Assembly: GCA_938075155.1 (NCBI GenBank) | Contig: CALJGL010000011.1 | Location: 78,992 to 142,991, forward strand | Direction: 5' to 3' | Length of the DNA: 64,000 nt | From: an uncultured bacterium | GTDB taxonomy: Bacteria > Planctomycetota > UBA8108 > UBA1146 | Part shown: one piece after another, positions 20,053 to 29,533 of the stretch | How positions within the stretch are numbered: position 1 is the first letter of the stretch | Layout: each line of letters begins with the position of its first letter | Position numbers and translations under genes: made by a program | Notes under the pieces: model-generated | What the model was told of the DNA's origin: nothing | The model's input: the letters and a program-made list of their open reading frames with translations, nothing else | The model's database searches: none

Positions 20053-22530
20053 GTGCCAAAGTTTTTTGGACTCAGTCTAGTAGTTTTGTGCTTGGTAACC
20101 TCGGTTGCGATTGCTCAAAACCCGGACGTTATAGTTGGAGATTTGCCTGATACCAACTCGTATGGAACGAGTGCTGGAACAGGTATTTACGCCTACTCCA
20201 TCGCGACAACCTCATGCAATATCGGGTCGGCGAATCTGGACTGGATCGCAAGTAGCAATCAGCATCCAGTGATCGCTCAGGATATGTTCCGTCTCCATGA
20301 TGGTCGCTTTGTTCAAATCGGATCCTCTTGGCTCAAGCATGGATTCTGTGCTCTCCAAAACACCGGGCTTTGCACCGGTTGTGGCGGCGGCGGAGGTTGT
20401 CTTTCTTTCTTGACTCCGGGTTGTGCCGATCCATACTCCGCAGGCCTCAATGGAAGCCAATCAAATCTTGGACCTCGTTCACAGGTCAATGCCTTCACAG
20501 GCTTCTTCCCATTCCCTTACGCTGCTCCTCCATGCCCTCCTAGTGAAAGCACCATCTGCCGCCGCTTGCAGGTGCACGAAGACGACATCACGACAGCTCT
20601 CCACCCGGGAGCTCTCTTCTTTGTCAGTGGTCAGTACGTAGCACTCGATGACTCGATCGCGGGGAACCAAGCCAACAACGCTTCATACCGTAGAGTCAAT
20701 GTCGGCCAGACTGGTACCCGAGCATTGAGCTTCGTGGGTGGAACAGAAATGATGTCCCCTCCGATTCAGGCATGGCAAGATTTCCAGCCTTCCGTCAATT
20801 TGGTGGATATTCAGATTGCGAATGAAGGTCTCTTCATTGCTGGATACGACGTCATTGATAATGGAAACGGCACATGGAACTACGAGTACGCAGTCTACAA
20901 CATGTACTCCGATCGTTCTGCCGACAGTTTCTTTGTTCCGGTTCCTGCCGGTGCAACTTTGTCCAATGTCGGATTCCATGACGTCACTTGGCATAGTGGA
21001 GAACCCTTCTCCGACGTGGACTGGACCGTGACTCAGCAGTCGGGCGTAGGAATCACTTGGAGCACCGACAGTTTTGCAACTGATCCGAACGCCAATGCGC
21101 TTCGCTGGTCAATGTTGTTCAACTTCCACTTCACATGTGACGCTCCACCCGCAGACAACACTGCCAGCTTAGGCTTGTTTAAGCCCGGCAACGTTGGCGA
21201 TCCAGACGAGATGGGCTTCACTGTCTCTGCACCTTCCGGAAACTTCATTCCAGGAGTTCAAAACTTGGCCTGTGATTCCGGCAGCATGGCTTCTCCTCTG
21301 GTTAACTTGAGCTGGAGTAACGGAGATACCTACGACAACATTCTTGTTTCTCGTGGAGGAACACAGATTGCAAGTCTTGCCGGTTCTTCGACTTCATACA
21401 CTGATTCTGCAGCTGTGTTCGGGAACACCACCTACACCGTTCAGGGAGTTCAGGGAAGTGTCAACACCGCGCAGGTCACTTGCGACAGCGCGATTACACC
21501 TTTGGGACAAAGTGGATTCACCTGCGCCCAAGCTGATCCTGATTTCAGCGACGTGACTCTGAACTGGACCAATGGGATGATGTACGACGAGATTCGTATT
21601 CAGCGCAATGGATCAGAAATCGGCGTCTTGGGAGGAGCGACCACAAGTTACTCCGACACAGGTGCAACATTGGGTCCTCAGGCTTACACAGTTGAAGCCA
21701 TCGTGGGTGGCATATCCGCTGGAATTTCTGAGTGCAACGTGACAGTTCTTGCACCTCCACCGCTGGGTTACACCGTCACGGCAAATGATGCCAGCGGTTC
21801 ATACGACTCCGCCTCAGGTTCCGGAACCGCCACAATGATTCTTTCTGGTATTGAATCTTCAGCGAACACAGGCTATCCCAACTCAGTAACGGGCTTCTCT
21901 TTGGGCCTCAGTTTCGATGCGAATCTTTTGATCGCCACAGGAACCGACCCCAGTGTCATTGGTATTCCGGTCGATTTCTTCGACGGTCAACAAGCCCCCG
22001 GAGTTGTTACCGTGGGTTGCGTGGTCAGCTTCCTCGGAACCGCCACGCTTCAGTTGGACAACGAGATGAACCTCGCCGCCATTGAATTCGACACGAACCC
22101 TGGTGGATTCACAGGCAGCACAGGGCCAGTCTCCACAGACGTTTCCTTCCAAAATGGGGTGAATGCCGGATCTCTTCCGGTTGATAACCTGATCGTGGTT
22201 GGAAGTGCTCCTATGCCTCCAACATTCGTGCATGGAGTCGTCACACTGGACTCTTCTGGGATTGTCTTCGTAAGAGGAGACGTCAATTCCGATAGTGCCA
22301 TCAACATTGCGGATGCGGTTGCCGCATTGAACTACCTGTTCAACGGTGGATCCGTCTCCTGTATTGACTCTGTCGATAGTAATGACGACGGAAGCGCCAA
22401 TGTCGCAGACGGTGTGTTCTTGCTCGGATTCCTCTTCAGTGGAGGACCAGCACCCACTGCTCCCATCACTTGTGGAGCAGACCCGACTGCGGATAGCCTT
22501 GACTGTCTGTCATTCAGTGCTTGTCCCTGA
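20053..22530 (+). CDS. Large secreted protein: signal peptide, Cys-rich N-terminal domain, two FN3-like repeats, C-terminal dockerin-like Ca-binding repeats
   Basis: GTG start with AAGGAA 10 nt upstream. Signal peptide MPKFFGLSLVVLCLVTSVAIA|QNP. Repeated units LSWSNGDTYDNILVSRGGTQI...YTVQGV and LNWTNGMMYDEIRIQRNGSEI...YTVEAI look like FN3. The C-terminus GDVNSDSAINIADAVAALNYLF...DSNDDGSANVADGVFLLGFLF resembles a dockerin type I duplicated segment. Confidence 0.7.
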   Translation: MPKFFGLSLVVLCLVTSVAIAQNPDVIVGDLPDTNSYGTSAGTGIYAYSIATTSCNIGSANLDWIASSNQHPVIAQDMFRLHDGRFVQIGSSWLKHGFCALQNTGLCTGCGGGGGCLSFLTPGCADPYSAGLNGSQSNLGPRSQVNAFTGFFPFPYAAPPCPPSESTICRRLQVHEDDITTALHPGALFFVSGQYVALDDSIAGNQANNASYRRVNVGQTGTRALSFVGGTEMMSPPIQAWQDFQPSVNLVDIQIANEGLFIAGYDVIDNGNGTWNYEYAVYNMYSDRSADSFFVPVPAGATLSNVGFHDVTWHSGEPFSDVDWTVTQQSGVGITWSTDSFATDPNANALRWSMLFNFHFTCDAPPADNTASLGLFKPGNVGDPDEMGFTVSAPSGNFIPGVQNLACDSGSMASPLVNLSWSNGDTYDNILVSRGGTQIASLAGSSTSYTDSAAVFGNTTYTVQGVQGSVNTAQVTCDSAITPLGQSGFTCAQADPDFSDVTLNWTNGMMYDEIRIQRNGSEIGVLGGATTSYSDTGATLGPQAYTVEAIVGGISAGISECNVTVLAPPPLGYTVTANDASGSYDSASGSGTATMILSGIESSANTGYPNSVTGFSLGLSFDANLLIATGTDPSVIGIPVDFFDGQQAPGVVTVGCVVSFLGTATLQLDNEMNLAAIEFDTNPGGFTGSTGPVSTDVSFQNGVNAGSLPVDNLIVVGSAPMPPTFVHGVVTLDSSGIVFVRGDVNSDSAINIADAVAALNYLFNGGSVSCIDSVDSNDDGSANVADGVFLLGFLFSGGPAPTAPITCGADPTADSLDCLSFSACP

Positions 22531-22592
22531 TACTTCTTGATCAAAGTATCTTCGGGGCGTGCGGGAATATCCCGCACGCCCCGTTTTTTTTG
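22528..22592 (+). terminator. Rho-independent terminator: 13-bp GC-rich stem (GGGGCGTGCGGGA/TCCCGCACGCCCC, loop ATAT) followed by T8
   Basis: Stem 22554-22582, T-run 22584-22591, directly after the stop codon. A smaller hairpin (GATACTT...AAGTATC) overlaps the stop codon. Confidence 0.85.
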
Positions 22593-22699
22593 ACAAAAAA
22601 AATGGTGATCCTGCGGACGAAAAGTACCCAGAGATGAGATGGCGGACTTTGCCGACTTCATTCATGGCTGAAGGGTCTGATCACCGGGTGGACAAACAA

Positions 22700-24127
22700 C
22701 TAAACTTCAGTGTCGAGCCAACGACGACGAAGAACAATCCACACACACAAACCGGATCGAACGACCCAGTCGAGAACTGTCGCGATCCATACCCCTTGTA
22801 ATCCCATTGCTGGAACTCCTAGCCCTCCATAGGCCAGCCACCATGCGAATGGAACCCGGAATCCCCATGACCCCAGAGCAGTAATCCACATCACTGGAAT
22901 ATTTGCTCCGGCTCCTCGCAGGCTTCCGGTCAAGGTTTCTGTCAGCATCAAGAATGGAACCTCGCATGCACCGATCAATAAACACATCGCAGCAAGCTGA
23001 CCCGTCTCATTTCTCAGTTCAAAAAACCCCACCAGATCTCCTGGGAAAAAGAACAATAAGAAAATGACAGGAGTAATGCATATTTGCGCCAGAAGACTAC
23101 TTCTCCATGCACTCCGGAGAGCCGCCTTCTTTTGTCCGCAACCCAGTAATCGACCTGAAACACTGGCAGCTGCCGCTTGAAATCCGTGTGCCGGCAAAAA
23201 GGCCAGTGACTGAATGGCAATGGCAGCCCGATGAGCAGCCATCGACATGGCGTCCAATTGGAATATGGCAAACTGATATACGACAAATCCGGAGTGGAAC
23301 AGAACAGCCGCACCCAATGCCGGAATACTCAACTTAATGATCTGACGAGCTTGACCTCGATGAAATGAGAGTGCACCCGGTGTTCGCAGACTCAATCGCT
23401 GACCACGCCTGTAGAACAATACACCAAGAATAAGGACCACTTCTACGAGAGGAGCCAGGCCTGTCGCTAATCCAACGCCTTCGATTCCCATTTTCGGGAA
23501 TCCCCACAAACCATAAAGGAAGATCGCATTTCCCAGAATATTCACGAGGTTACTGACCACCCCACCCATGACAGGTAGCAATGATTCTCCAGCACCTCGG
23601 GTTGTCGATTCCAGAGTGACCGCAATCGCACGAAGAGGAAAGAGAAGAAGGAACCAAGTCAAATACCCGCTCGACTCCGATAGAATTAGAGATCGAGATT
23701 CGCTGTCTTCCACACCCAGTTGGGAGCCTAACCAAGAGAGCCCTATATCCCTGCCGGCAATGCAGAGAAGCGAAACAATCGACCCTAATCCCAATGCCAA
23801 GACAATCGAAGAATACATACCCTGACTTGCCAAGAGTGGCTGACCTTCGCCACTGCGTCGAGCGACCACAGCACCGGCACCTATCGCTGTTACGGTAAAT
23901 ATCGTCGTCAGAGACCAACACAATGGCGAAACCAAATTGAGCGAAGCGAGGGACTCGTCTCCCCCCCCTAAAGCATCCGAAACCATGCGGGTATCCACAA
24001 GAAATTGGAGTGTATGAAGTAAGTATTGAAGGATTGCAGGAATGGCAAGACGAAGGATCTCTTTGTCCATCGCCCATCCCTGTAACCCTGTTCTCAGATC
24101 TTCACCCGGAAGCGGTCTCGAACTCAT
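22700..24127 (-). CDS. MATE-family efflux transporter
   Basis: 475 aa with 12 TM segments, an N-terminal LRLAIPAILQYLL motif and a duplicated 6-TM repeat typical of NorM/DinF-like MATE proteins. Confidence 0.8.
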   Translation of the reverse strand: MSSRPLPGEDLRTGLQGWAMDKEILRLAIPAILQYLLHTLQFLVDTRMVSDALGGGDESLASLNLVSPLCWSLTTIFTVTAIGAGAVVARRSGEGQPLLASQGMYSSIVLALGLGSIVSLLCIAGRDIGLSWLGSQLGVEDSESRSLILSESSGYLTWFLLLFPLRAIAVTLESTTRGAGESLLPVMGGVVSNLVNILGNAIFLYGLWGFPKMGIEGVGLATGLAPLVEVVLILGVLFYRRGQRLSLRTPGALSFHRGQARQIIKLSIPALGAAVLFHSGFVVYQFAIFQLDAMSMAAHRAAIAIQSLAFLPAHGFQAAAASVSGRLLGCGQKKAALRSAWRSSLLAQICITPVIFLLFFFPGDLVGFFELRNETGQLAAMCLLIGACEVPFLMLTETLTGSLRGAGANIPVMWITALGSWGFRVPFAWWLAYGGLGVPAMGLQGVWIATVLDWVVRSGLCVWIVLRRRWLDTEV

Positions 24128-25209
24128 GAATCCCGTTCTAGGTTTTCCAACACTCGTCGAACCCGACTCGATTCGACAGTGTCTACGATGACATTCCCAG
24201 GATTGACGGGGAGAACCCAGCGGAGTTGACCCCCTCTGGTTTTTTTATCGGAATGCAACGCCTTCAGCACTTGATCGATATCGAGCGGCCCCATATTCGT
24301 CGGAAGCCCCACCTTCTGAAGGAGCTGAATCAGTCGGGGAACATGCTCGTCACTTCCCACTCCACACTCCTTGGCAAGCCTTGCCGAGAACACCATTCCT
24401 ATAGAAACGGCAGAACCATGAGGTAGAAAAGATCCATTCCTGATCGCTTCCATCTCAAGTGCATGGGCCAAAGTATGACCCAAATTGAGAATCTCTCTGC
24501 GTCCGGATTCATGCAAATCTTCATTCACAATCGAAACTTTTACAGACATCGCTGATCGCAACACTTCAGGGCTCGGGATCAGATCCTCAGAGATCGCATC
24601 GGCATCATTCTCTAATTGGTGTAGAAGCGGAGTGTCACTCAGCCATGCAGCCTTGATCAATTCTGCCCAACCCTGCCTTCGCTCTTCCAGAGGAAGAGTC
24701 GCCAGGAGGGAACGATCCACAATCACTTGTTCAGGAAGATGGAACGATCCTATTCGATTTTTGACACCCCCCTGATGCACTGCGGTCTTGCCGCCAATGT
24801 GTGCATCGACCATCGCTAACAAAGTTGTGGGAATAGCCAACCATGGTGTACCACGATGCCAAACTGAGGCGGCAAACCCTACCGCATCTCCCAGACTGCC
24901 ACCTCCCATGACAACGACTCGACCAGCCCGATCTAGTGACGCTTGGCCCATCACCTCAATGATGTTCTGCCACCCTTTCGGGTCTTTTAATCCTTCTCCA
25001 CCTTGCAAGTTCTCCATTTTGAAAGGAATCCCCCGCTCTTCGCAGGTCGCTTGTAGAGGAGTGGAGCAATGCTCAGGGATTTTATTATCCCTAAAAACCA
25101 GAACAGAAGTCACACCATTGGGTAACCAAAGATCGAAGTCATGAAGAGACTGCATGTGAATCTTGCAGTCACCTGTTGAGGATTGGATCAATAGTGGATT
25201 CAAACTCAT
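24124..25209 (-). CDS. aroB: 3-dehydroquinate synthase (or related DHQS-like sugar-phosphate cyclase)
   Basis: VVMGGGSLGDAVGFAASVWHRGTPWLAIPTTLLAMVDAHIGGKTAV...GWAELIKAAWL...GHTLAHALE fits the DHQS fold: NAD-binding glycine motif and metal-ligand His positions. Confidence 0.75.
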   Translation of the reverse strand: MSLNPLLIQSSTGDCKIHMQSLHDFDLWLPNGVTSVLVFRDNKIPEHCSTPLQATCEERGIPFKMENLQGGEGLKDPKGWQNIIEVMGQASLDRAGRVVVMGGGSLGDAVGFAASVWHRGTPWLAIPTTLLAMVDAHIGGKTAVHQGGVKNRIGSFHLPEQVIVDRSLLATLPLEERRQGWAELIKAAWLSDTPLLHQLENDADAISEDLIPSPEVLRSAMSVKVSIVNEDLHESGRREILNLGHTLAHALEMEAIRNGSFLPHGSAVSIGMVFSARLAKECGVGSDEHVPRLIQLLQKVGLPTNMGPLDIDQVLKALHSDKKTRGGQLRWVLPVNPGNVIVDTVESSRVRRVLENLERDS

Positions 25210-26243
25210 TTATCATCTTCCCTATGGGGTGCATGACCACGTGGATCCTTTTCCTCGGATCCTCCACTCTCAGAGGACGTTAACCCAGATTCTTCACTCT
25301 CCGTTGAATCCTTATGATCAGAAGGGCGACTCCCATCCTTTCGAGGATTCGATTTTTTTCGGAGAGGTCTTCGTGCGATGGATCGGGAGTAAAAAATAGC
25401 TCCCATAATCAGAGTGAAGCCTCCGATGGCAGAAAGAATCCAGAATGAGTTCTGCGACCACTTCGAGCGCTGAGAAAAAGGGTTCTCATAAGGATCCAAC
25501 CTTCCACATACCCACTCGGGAACCATTCCAAATCGTCCCTTCGTATCTTCGTATGTGTAAAGCCTAAAAAAGTCTCCTGTGACAAGCACGTCTGTTCCTC
25601 TAGGTAGATTTCGGGGCTTGGAGATAAAGTTAACTCTGTGTAATCGACCAGACCTATCCGATCCAAAAGCTTCCCAAACTCGAGTGAGATTAGACTTATT
25701 TGGGGGCAACAATCTCACTCGGGGATTCTCAATCAAGGAGATGACGAACAAAAACCTTTGCCCTCTTAACTCTTTAGATCTCTCCGCAAGCTCTGGGACC
25801 GCCGGGGGTTCAGTGATTTCAGAGGGTGCCCAATCACTTCTCCACCGGTGAAGCAGATAGTAAAGCCCCGCCATTTCGTCAGGCCCTTCGAGAAGAGCCT
25901 CTCCATCACGGACAAGGTCCAGCAATGCAGGATTCTCCCGGAATGGCTCTGGACTCGCGGGTTCGCTAATCTCTGGCAGTGATACAGGAGCAGGAGCCTC
26001 ACCTTGAGAATTGCTCAGGTTATCCGGAACGACATCCGCTGAAGGGACCGAAGAGCCCTGAATCACTTCCGCAGGATACACAGGGGTCGTGGCTGAATCG
26101 GTATCTGTTTTTTGGGCGGACCAAACTGTCAATACGAGTGCGATCAACAGCACGATAGAACCGAGAATACGAAATCTCTCCCTATTGGAGAGACCTACCC
26201 TCTCGGGGCGATATTTTTTGGGGCCAAAGTAAACCATGCCCAT
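25206..26243 (-). CDS. Hypothetical bitopic membrane protein (TM near N- and C-termini, acidic Ser/Glu-rich tail)
   Basis: 345 aa with no recognisable motif. Overlapping stop/start links it to aroB and MATE in one operon. Confidence 0.5.
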   Translation of the reverse strand: MGMVYFGPKKYRPERVGLSNRERFRILGSIVLLIALVLTVWSAQKTDTDSATTPVYPAEVIQGSSVPSADVVPDNLSNSQGEAPAPVSLPEISEPASPEPFRENPALLDLVRDGEALLEGPDEMAGLYYLLHRWRSDWAPSEITEPPAVPELAERSKELRGQRFLFVISLIENPRVRLLPPNKSNLTRVWEAFGSDRSGRLHRVNFISKPRNLPRGTDVLVTGDFFRLYTYEDTKGRFGMVPEWVCGRLDPYENPFSQRSKWSQNSFWILSAIGGFTLIMGAIFYSRSIARRPLRKKSNPRKDGSRPSDHKDSTESEESGLTSSESGGSEEKDPRGHAPHREDDK

Positions 26244-26263
26244 AGCATAACAGGCAATCTTGC

Positions 26264-27430
26264 TCAGGTCAGCGAAACACCACTTCCCGGTATCCTTTCG
26301 AGAATAGACCTTGCGGCCTTTTCACTGGCACCTGGGTGAAATTTTTCCTTCCTCAATTCGACCAGTCTTGCGACCTGCTCACTCGCCGCCTGATCGTCTA
26401 AAAGAGGTCTCGCTAAACGGGCCACTGCAGCGCCATCTCCAGGCTCAATCAATCGCTCAGGCACGACCGCTTCACCCGCAAATAAATTGACCAGCGAAAA
26501 GAATGGAGCAACACCCATCAAAGAATACATCGACCTCTGTAATTCATTCGCCGGATACGCCACCACCATAGGGACACCATGCCATGCGGTCTCCAGAGTG
26601 GCTGTTCCAGAGCACACGATAGCCAGGCGAGCCCTCGCCTGAAGAGCACGAGATTCTCCGACGTAAACATGAATGTCAGAATCTCCGGCTCTGATCTCAT
26701 CGATCAATGGCCGCAATTCTTCCCTCTGGCAAGAGACCCATATTTCAAGGTCAGGACGATCTTGTTTCAATTCACGTGCTGCGCTTATCAAAGCAGGTAA
26801 TCCATTTTGAAGTTCTTGTCTGCGACTCCCTGGCAAAAGAGCCAAAATAGGTGCGTCACCGTCACGAGGAATCTCCGCCATCTCTCCGGCATCGGAAAGA
26901 TGGTCAAACACAGGATTTCCAACATGACGGACATCCGGGTGGAAGGGCGCATAAAGTTGCTCTTCAAAAGGAATGACCACCAACAATTGATCCGCACACC
27001 TTGCGATACGCTTAATACGCCAAGGAGCCCACGCCCAGACTTGGGGGCAAATGTAGTAGGTGACCGGAATCCCCATACGCCGAGCGATCGCCGCCAAATT
27101 TCCATGAAGACCCGGATAGTCGATGACCACGAGGTGATCAGGGGGAGAACTGAGCAACTCCTCCACGAATCTTGCAGAATGATCGAGGATAGAACCCATT
27201 TGAGCGATCACGGGCAACCAGCCCATCACTGCTTTGTCGGTTCTGTCAGCCCTTAAAGTCGCTCCCGACTTTGCAAGATGATGCCCCCCGATCGCGTCGA
27301 CTTGGAGATCTGGACTGAGTTTCAGGCACTCCTTAACGAGCCGTGCCCCATGAAGATCGCCAGAAGGTTCTCCCGCACAAACAAGAATCCTAGGCACTGT
27401 CCAATTCCAATCGCGAGCGAACCTGCTCAA
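26264..27430 (-). CDS. lpxB: Lipid-A-disaccharide synthase (GT19)
   Basis: The N-terminus RILVCAGEPSGDLHGARLVKE is the hallmark LpxB start. Length of 388 aa fits. Confidence 0.85.
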   Translation of the reverse strand: MSRFARDWNWTVPRILVCAGEPSGDLHGARLVKECLKLSPDLQVDAIGGHHLAKSGATLRADRTDKAVMGWLPVIAQMGSILDHSARFVEELLSSPPDHLVVIDYPGLHGNLAAIARRMGIPVTYYICPQVWAWAPWRIKRIARCADQLLVVIPFEEQLYAPFHPDVRHVGNPVFDHLSDAGEMAEIPRDGDAPILALLPGSRRQELQNGLPALISAARELKQDRPDLEIWVSCQREELRPLIDEIRAGDSDIHVYVGESRALQARARLAIVCSGTATLETAWHGVPMVVAYPANELQRSMYSLMGVAPFFSLVNLFAGEAVVPERLIEPGDGAAVARLARPLLDDQAASEQVARLVELRKEKFHPGASEKAARSILERIPGSGVSLT

Positions 27431-28106
27431 TAAAACGATTCAGAATAAAATGCCCCAACGGTTCTTCTCGATTCAATTCCGGATGCCACTGAATACCAAT
27501 GATGCGTTCCGCTGAATCGCAACAGGCTTCAATGATTCCATCTGAGGTACTGGCCAAAATTCTCCAGTCTGTCGGCAACGTTGCAACAGATTGATGATGA
27601 CTGGAATTCACTTCAAAGCTTCCAGGGGGTAATCCTCCCCCATGAAATCCCTGCCATTGAACAATATGACTGGGCAAATCACCTTTTCCCATTCTTCGAT
27701 GCTGAATCGGATCTTTGACGTCACTTTCGATATCTCCATAAATGGTTCCACCTGCTGCCAAGCAGAGCGCTTGCAATCCACCGCATACTCCAAGGACTGG
27801 AAGGTCGCTCTTTATCAGCCACCTCGCCCAATTTAAATCGGTTTCTTCCCTCCTGGGATGCACTTCAAGATACCGATCGGGGATTTCTCCAGAAGCGGGA
27901 AGAGAACATTTGTAGTCATCTCCGCCGATGAGAAAAAAGCCATCCAGACCGGAAGCCACTTCTTGAGGGAGCACTCCGGGAGGAAAGATCACGGGGATCC
28001 CTCCATGCTGGATGATCAGGTCACTATAGAGGATGTTCATTCGAGTCACGGTACGACCCGAATCCTCCACGAAGACGTCGGTGTTGAATCCGATTTTTGG
28101 TTTCAT
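27390..28106 (-). CDS. Class-I glutamine amidotransferase-like protein (peptidase C26 / gamma-glutamyl hydrolase PuuD-like)
   Basis: Catalytic Cys in VLGVCGGLQALCLAAGG and the IQWHPE His/Glu motif. 238 aa. Confidence 0.75.
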   Translation of the reverse strand: MKPKIGFNTDVFVEDSGRTVTRMNILYSDLIIQHGGIPVIFPPGVLPQEVASGLDGFFLIGGDDYKCSLPASGEIPDRYLEVHPRREETDLNWARWLIKSDLPVLGVCGGLQALCLAAGGTIYGDIESDVKDPIQHRRMGKGDLPSHIVQWQGFHGGGLPPGSFEVNSSHHQSVATLPTDWRILASTSDGIIEACCDSAERIIGIQWHPELNREEPLGHFILNRFIEQVRSRLELDSA

Positions 28107-28186
28107 GACTTCTCCCTGGAAATCCTCTTCGAATTGCTGATATCCAGATGCTGTGACATGGACAGACCTTCGTCAATGCCGCATCG

Positions 28187-29533
28187 TTGATGTGGCGAAG
28201 AAAGACTGGAGAAAGAACCCCGATGATCGATATTCCTCCACCACCCGAGAATCCCCACGAATTGGAATCCTGGCTGGCTTCCTTTACGAACTGGGAGAAA
28301 CAACTCCCTTTGGGTAAGGAAAAGCGAGAACTGGGGCCGACACGCTGTCGTCTGTTGCTGGATCGAGCGCAACTGGACACCCGGGGAACTCGTGTGATTC
28401 AGATTGCAGGGTCCAAAGGAAAAGGCTCGACCGTACTCTGGCTCGAAACACTGCTTTCTGAAAGAGGGCTCAGTGTAGGTGCCACGACTTCGCCACATCT
28501 CCATTCTTTGGAAGAACGCATCCGAATCCAGCAACAACCCATCCCCTTTCAACGCCTTCTCAAGGCACTGAAAACTCTCTATCCAGCCCTGCTTGCTGGA
28601 CAAAGCCTAGGAGATCCAACTCCTACATTTTTCGATCTCTGGACAGTTTTATTCATCCAACTGGCACTCGAAGAAAAATGTGAAGTCATATTGCTGGAAG
28701 TAGGTCTGGGAGGTCCTCTCGATTCAACGACGGCCATCCCCCACGACGTGGGAGTTTTAACGACCGTAGATCTGGAACACCGTGACTTATTGGGAGACAC
28801 GATCGAAGAAATCGCCGCGGAAAAATCAAAAATCTCCCGCTCTGGCTTCCCCTTTGTCATATCGCACGGGCAACATCAAAAGATCGCCCTCGAAACAGCC
28901 AAAGAAAGACGAGCCCTACCGATTTTGGCGAAGCTGGATTCTCGAATCCCTGACTCGGTCCCCACACACCAAAAAATAAATGCTTCAGCGGCATTGGCCG
29001 CTCTCGAAGTAGGAGACATTTATCAAGCCTGGTCGAAGGAAGAAGTACAGCAGGCTTGGGATCTTTTGGAGCTACCTGGAAGACTTGAAATCATTCCCGG
29101 AGATCCACCTCTCCTGCTCGATGGTGCCCATACTCCCGCTTCCATGGCTGCATTTTCTGAAGCCTTTCAGAAGCACAGGAAATCGGGTGATAAAGGAGCC
29201 AGTGCCAAAGGAGCTATCGTCCTCGGAATGCTCTCCGACAAAGAACCCCTATTGACGCTCCAACACCTCTTAGACCTCGAACCTTTTCCAGATATCTGCA
29301 CACTCACAGTCCCGACAAAACGAGGTCTCAGCGCTGAGGAACTCGCAGAAGTGCTGAAATCCATGCTCAATAACCAAATCGCACATCATTCCATCCACAT
29401 CGCGAAAGACCCCGAATCTGCGCAGGAATGGTTAATTAAAAAAGCCGCAATCGGCGAACCGATTGCGGCCACAGGTTCTATGTACTTAGCCGGACTCGTC
29501 AGAAACTCTTGGCTCGACAGAAATCAAGCTTAA
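28187..29533 (+). CDS. folC: Bifunctional folylpolyglutamate synthase / dihydrofolate synthase (Mur ligase family)
   Basis: The P-loop IQIAGSKGKGST and the overall Mur-ligase architecture. 448 aa. Confidence 0.85.
   Translation: MMWRRKTGERTPMIDIPPPPENPHELESWLASFTNWEKQLPLGKEKRELGPTRCRLLLDRAQLDTRGTRVIQIAGSKGKGSTVLWLETLLSERGLSVGATTSPHLHSLEERIRIQQQPIPFQRLLKALKTLYPALLAGQSLGDPTPTFFDLWTVLFIQLALEEKCEVILLEVGLGGPLDSTTAIPHDVGVLTTVDLEHRDLLGDTIEEIAAEKSKISRSGFPFVISHGQHQKIALETAKERRALPILAKLDSRIPDSVPTHQKINASAALAALEVGDIYQAWSKEEVQQAWDLLELPGRLEIIPGDPPLLLDGAHTPASMAAFSEAFQKHRKSGDKGASAKGAIVLGMLSDKEPLLTLQHLLDLEPFPDICTLTVPTKRGLSAEELAEVLKSMLNNQIAHHSIHIAKDPESAQEWLIKKAAIGEPIAATGSMYLAGLVRNSWLDRNQA

Noticed and set aside
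22593-22700. T8-GAC-A8 palindrome and flanking region as a possible bidirectional terminator also serving the convergent MATE gene
   Set aside because: On the minus strand the GC stem is not followed by a U-run. Only the + strand orientation has the canonical stem-T8 architecture.
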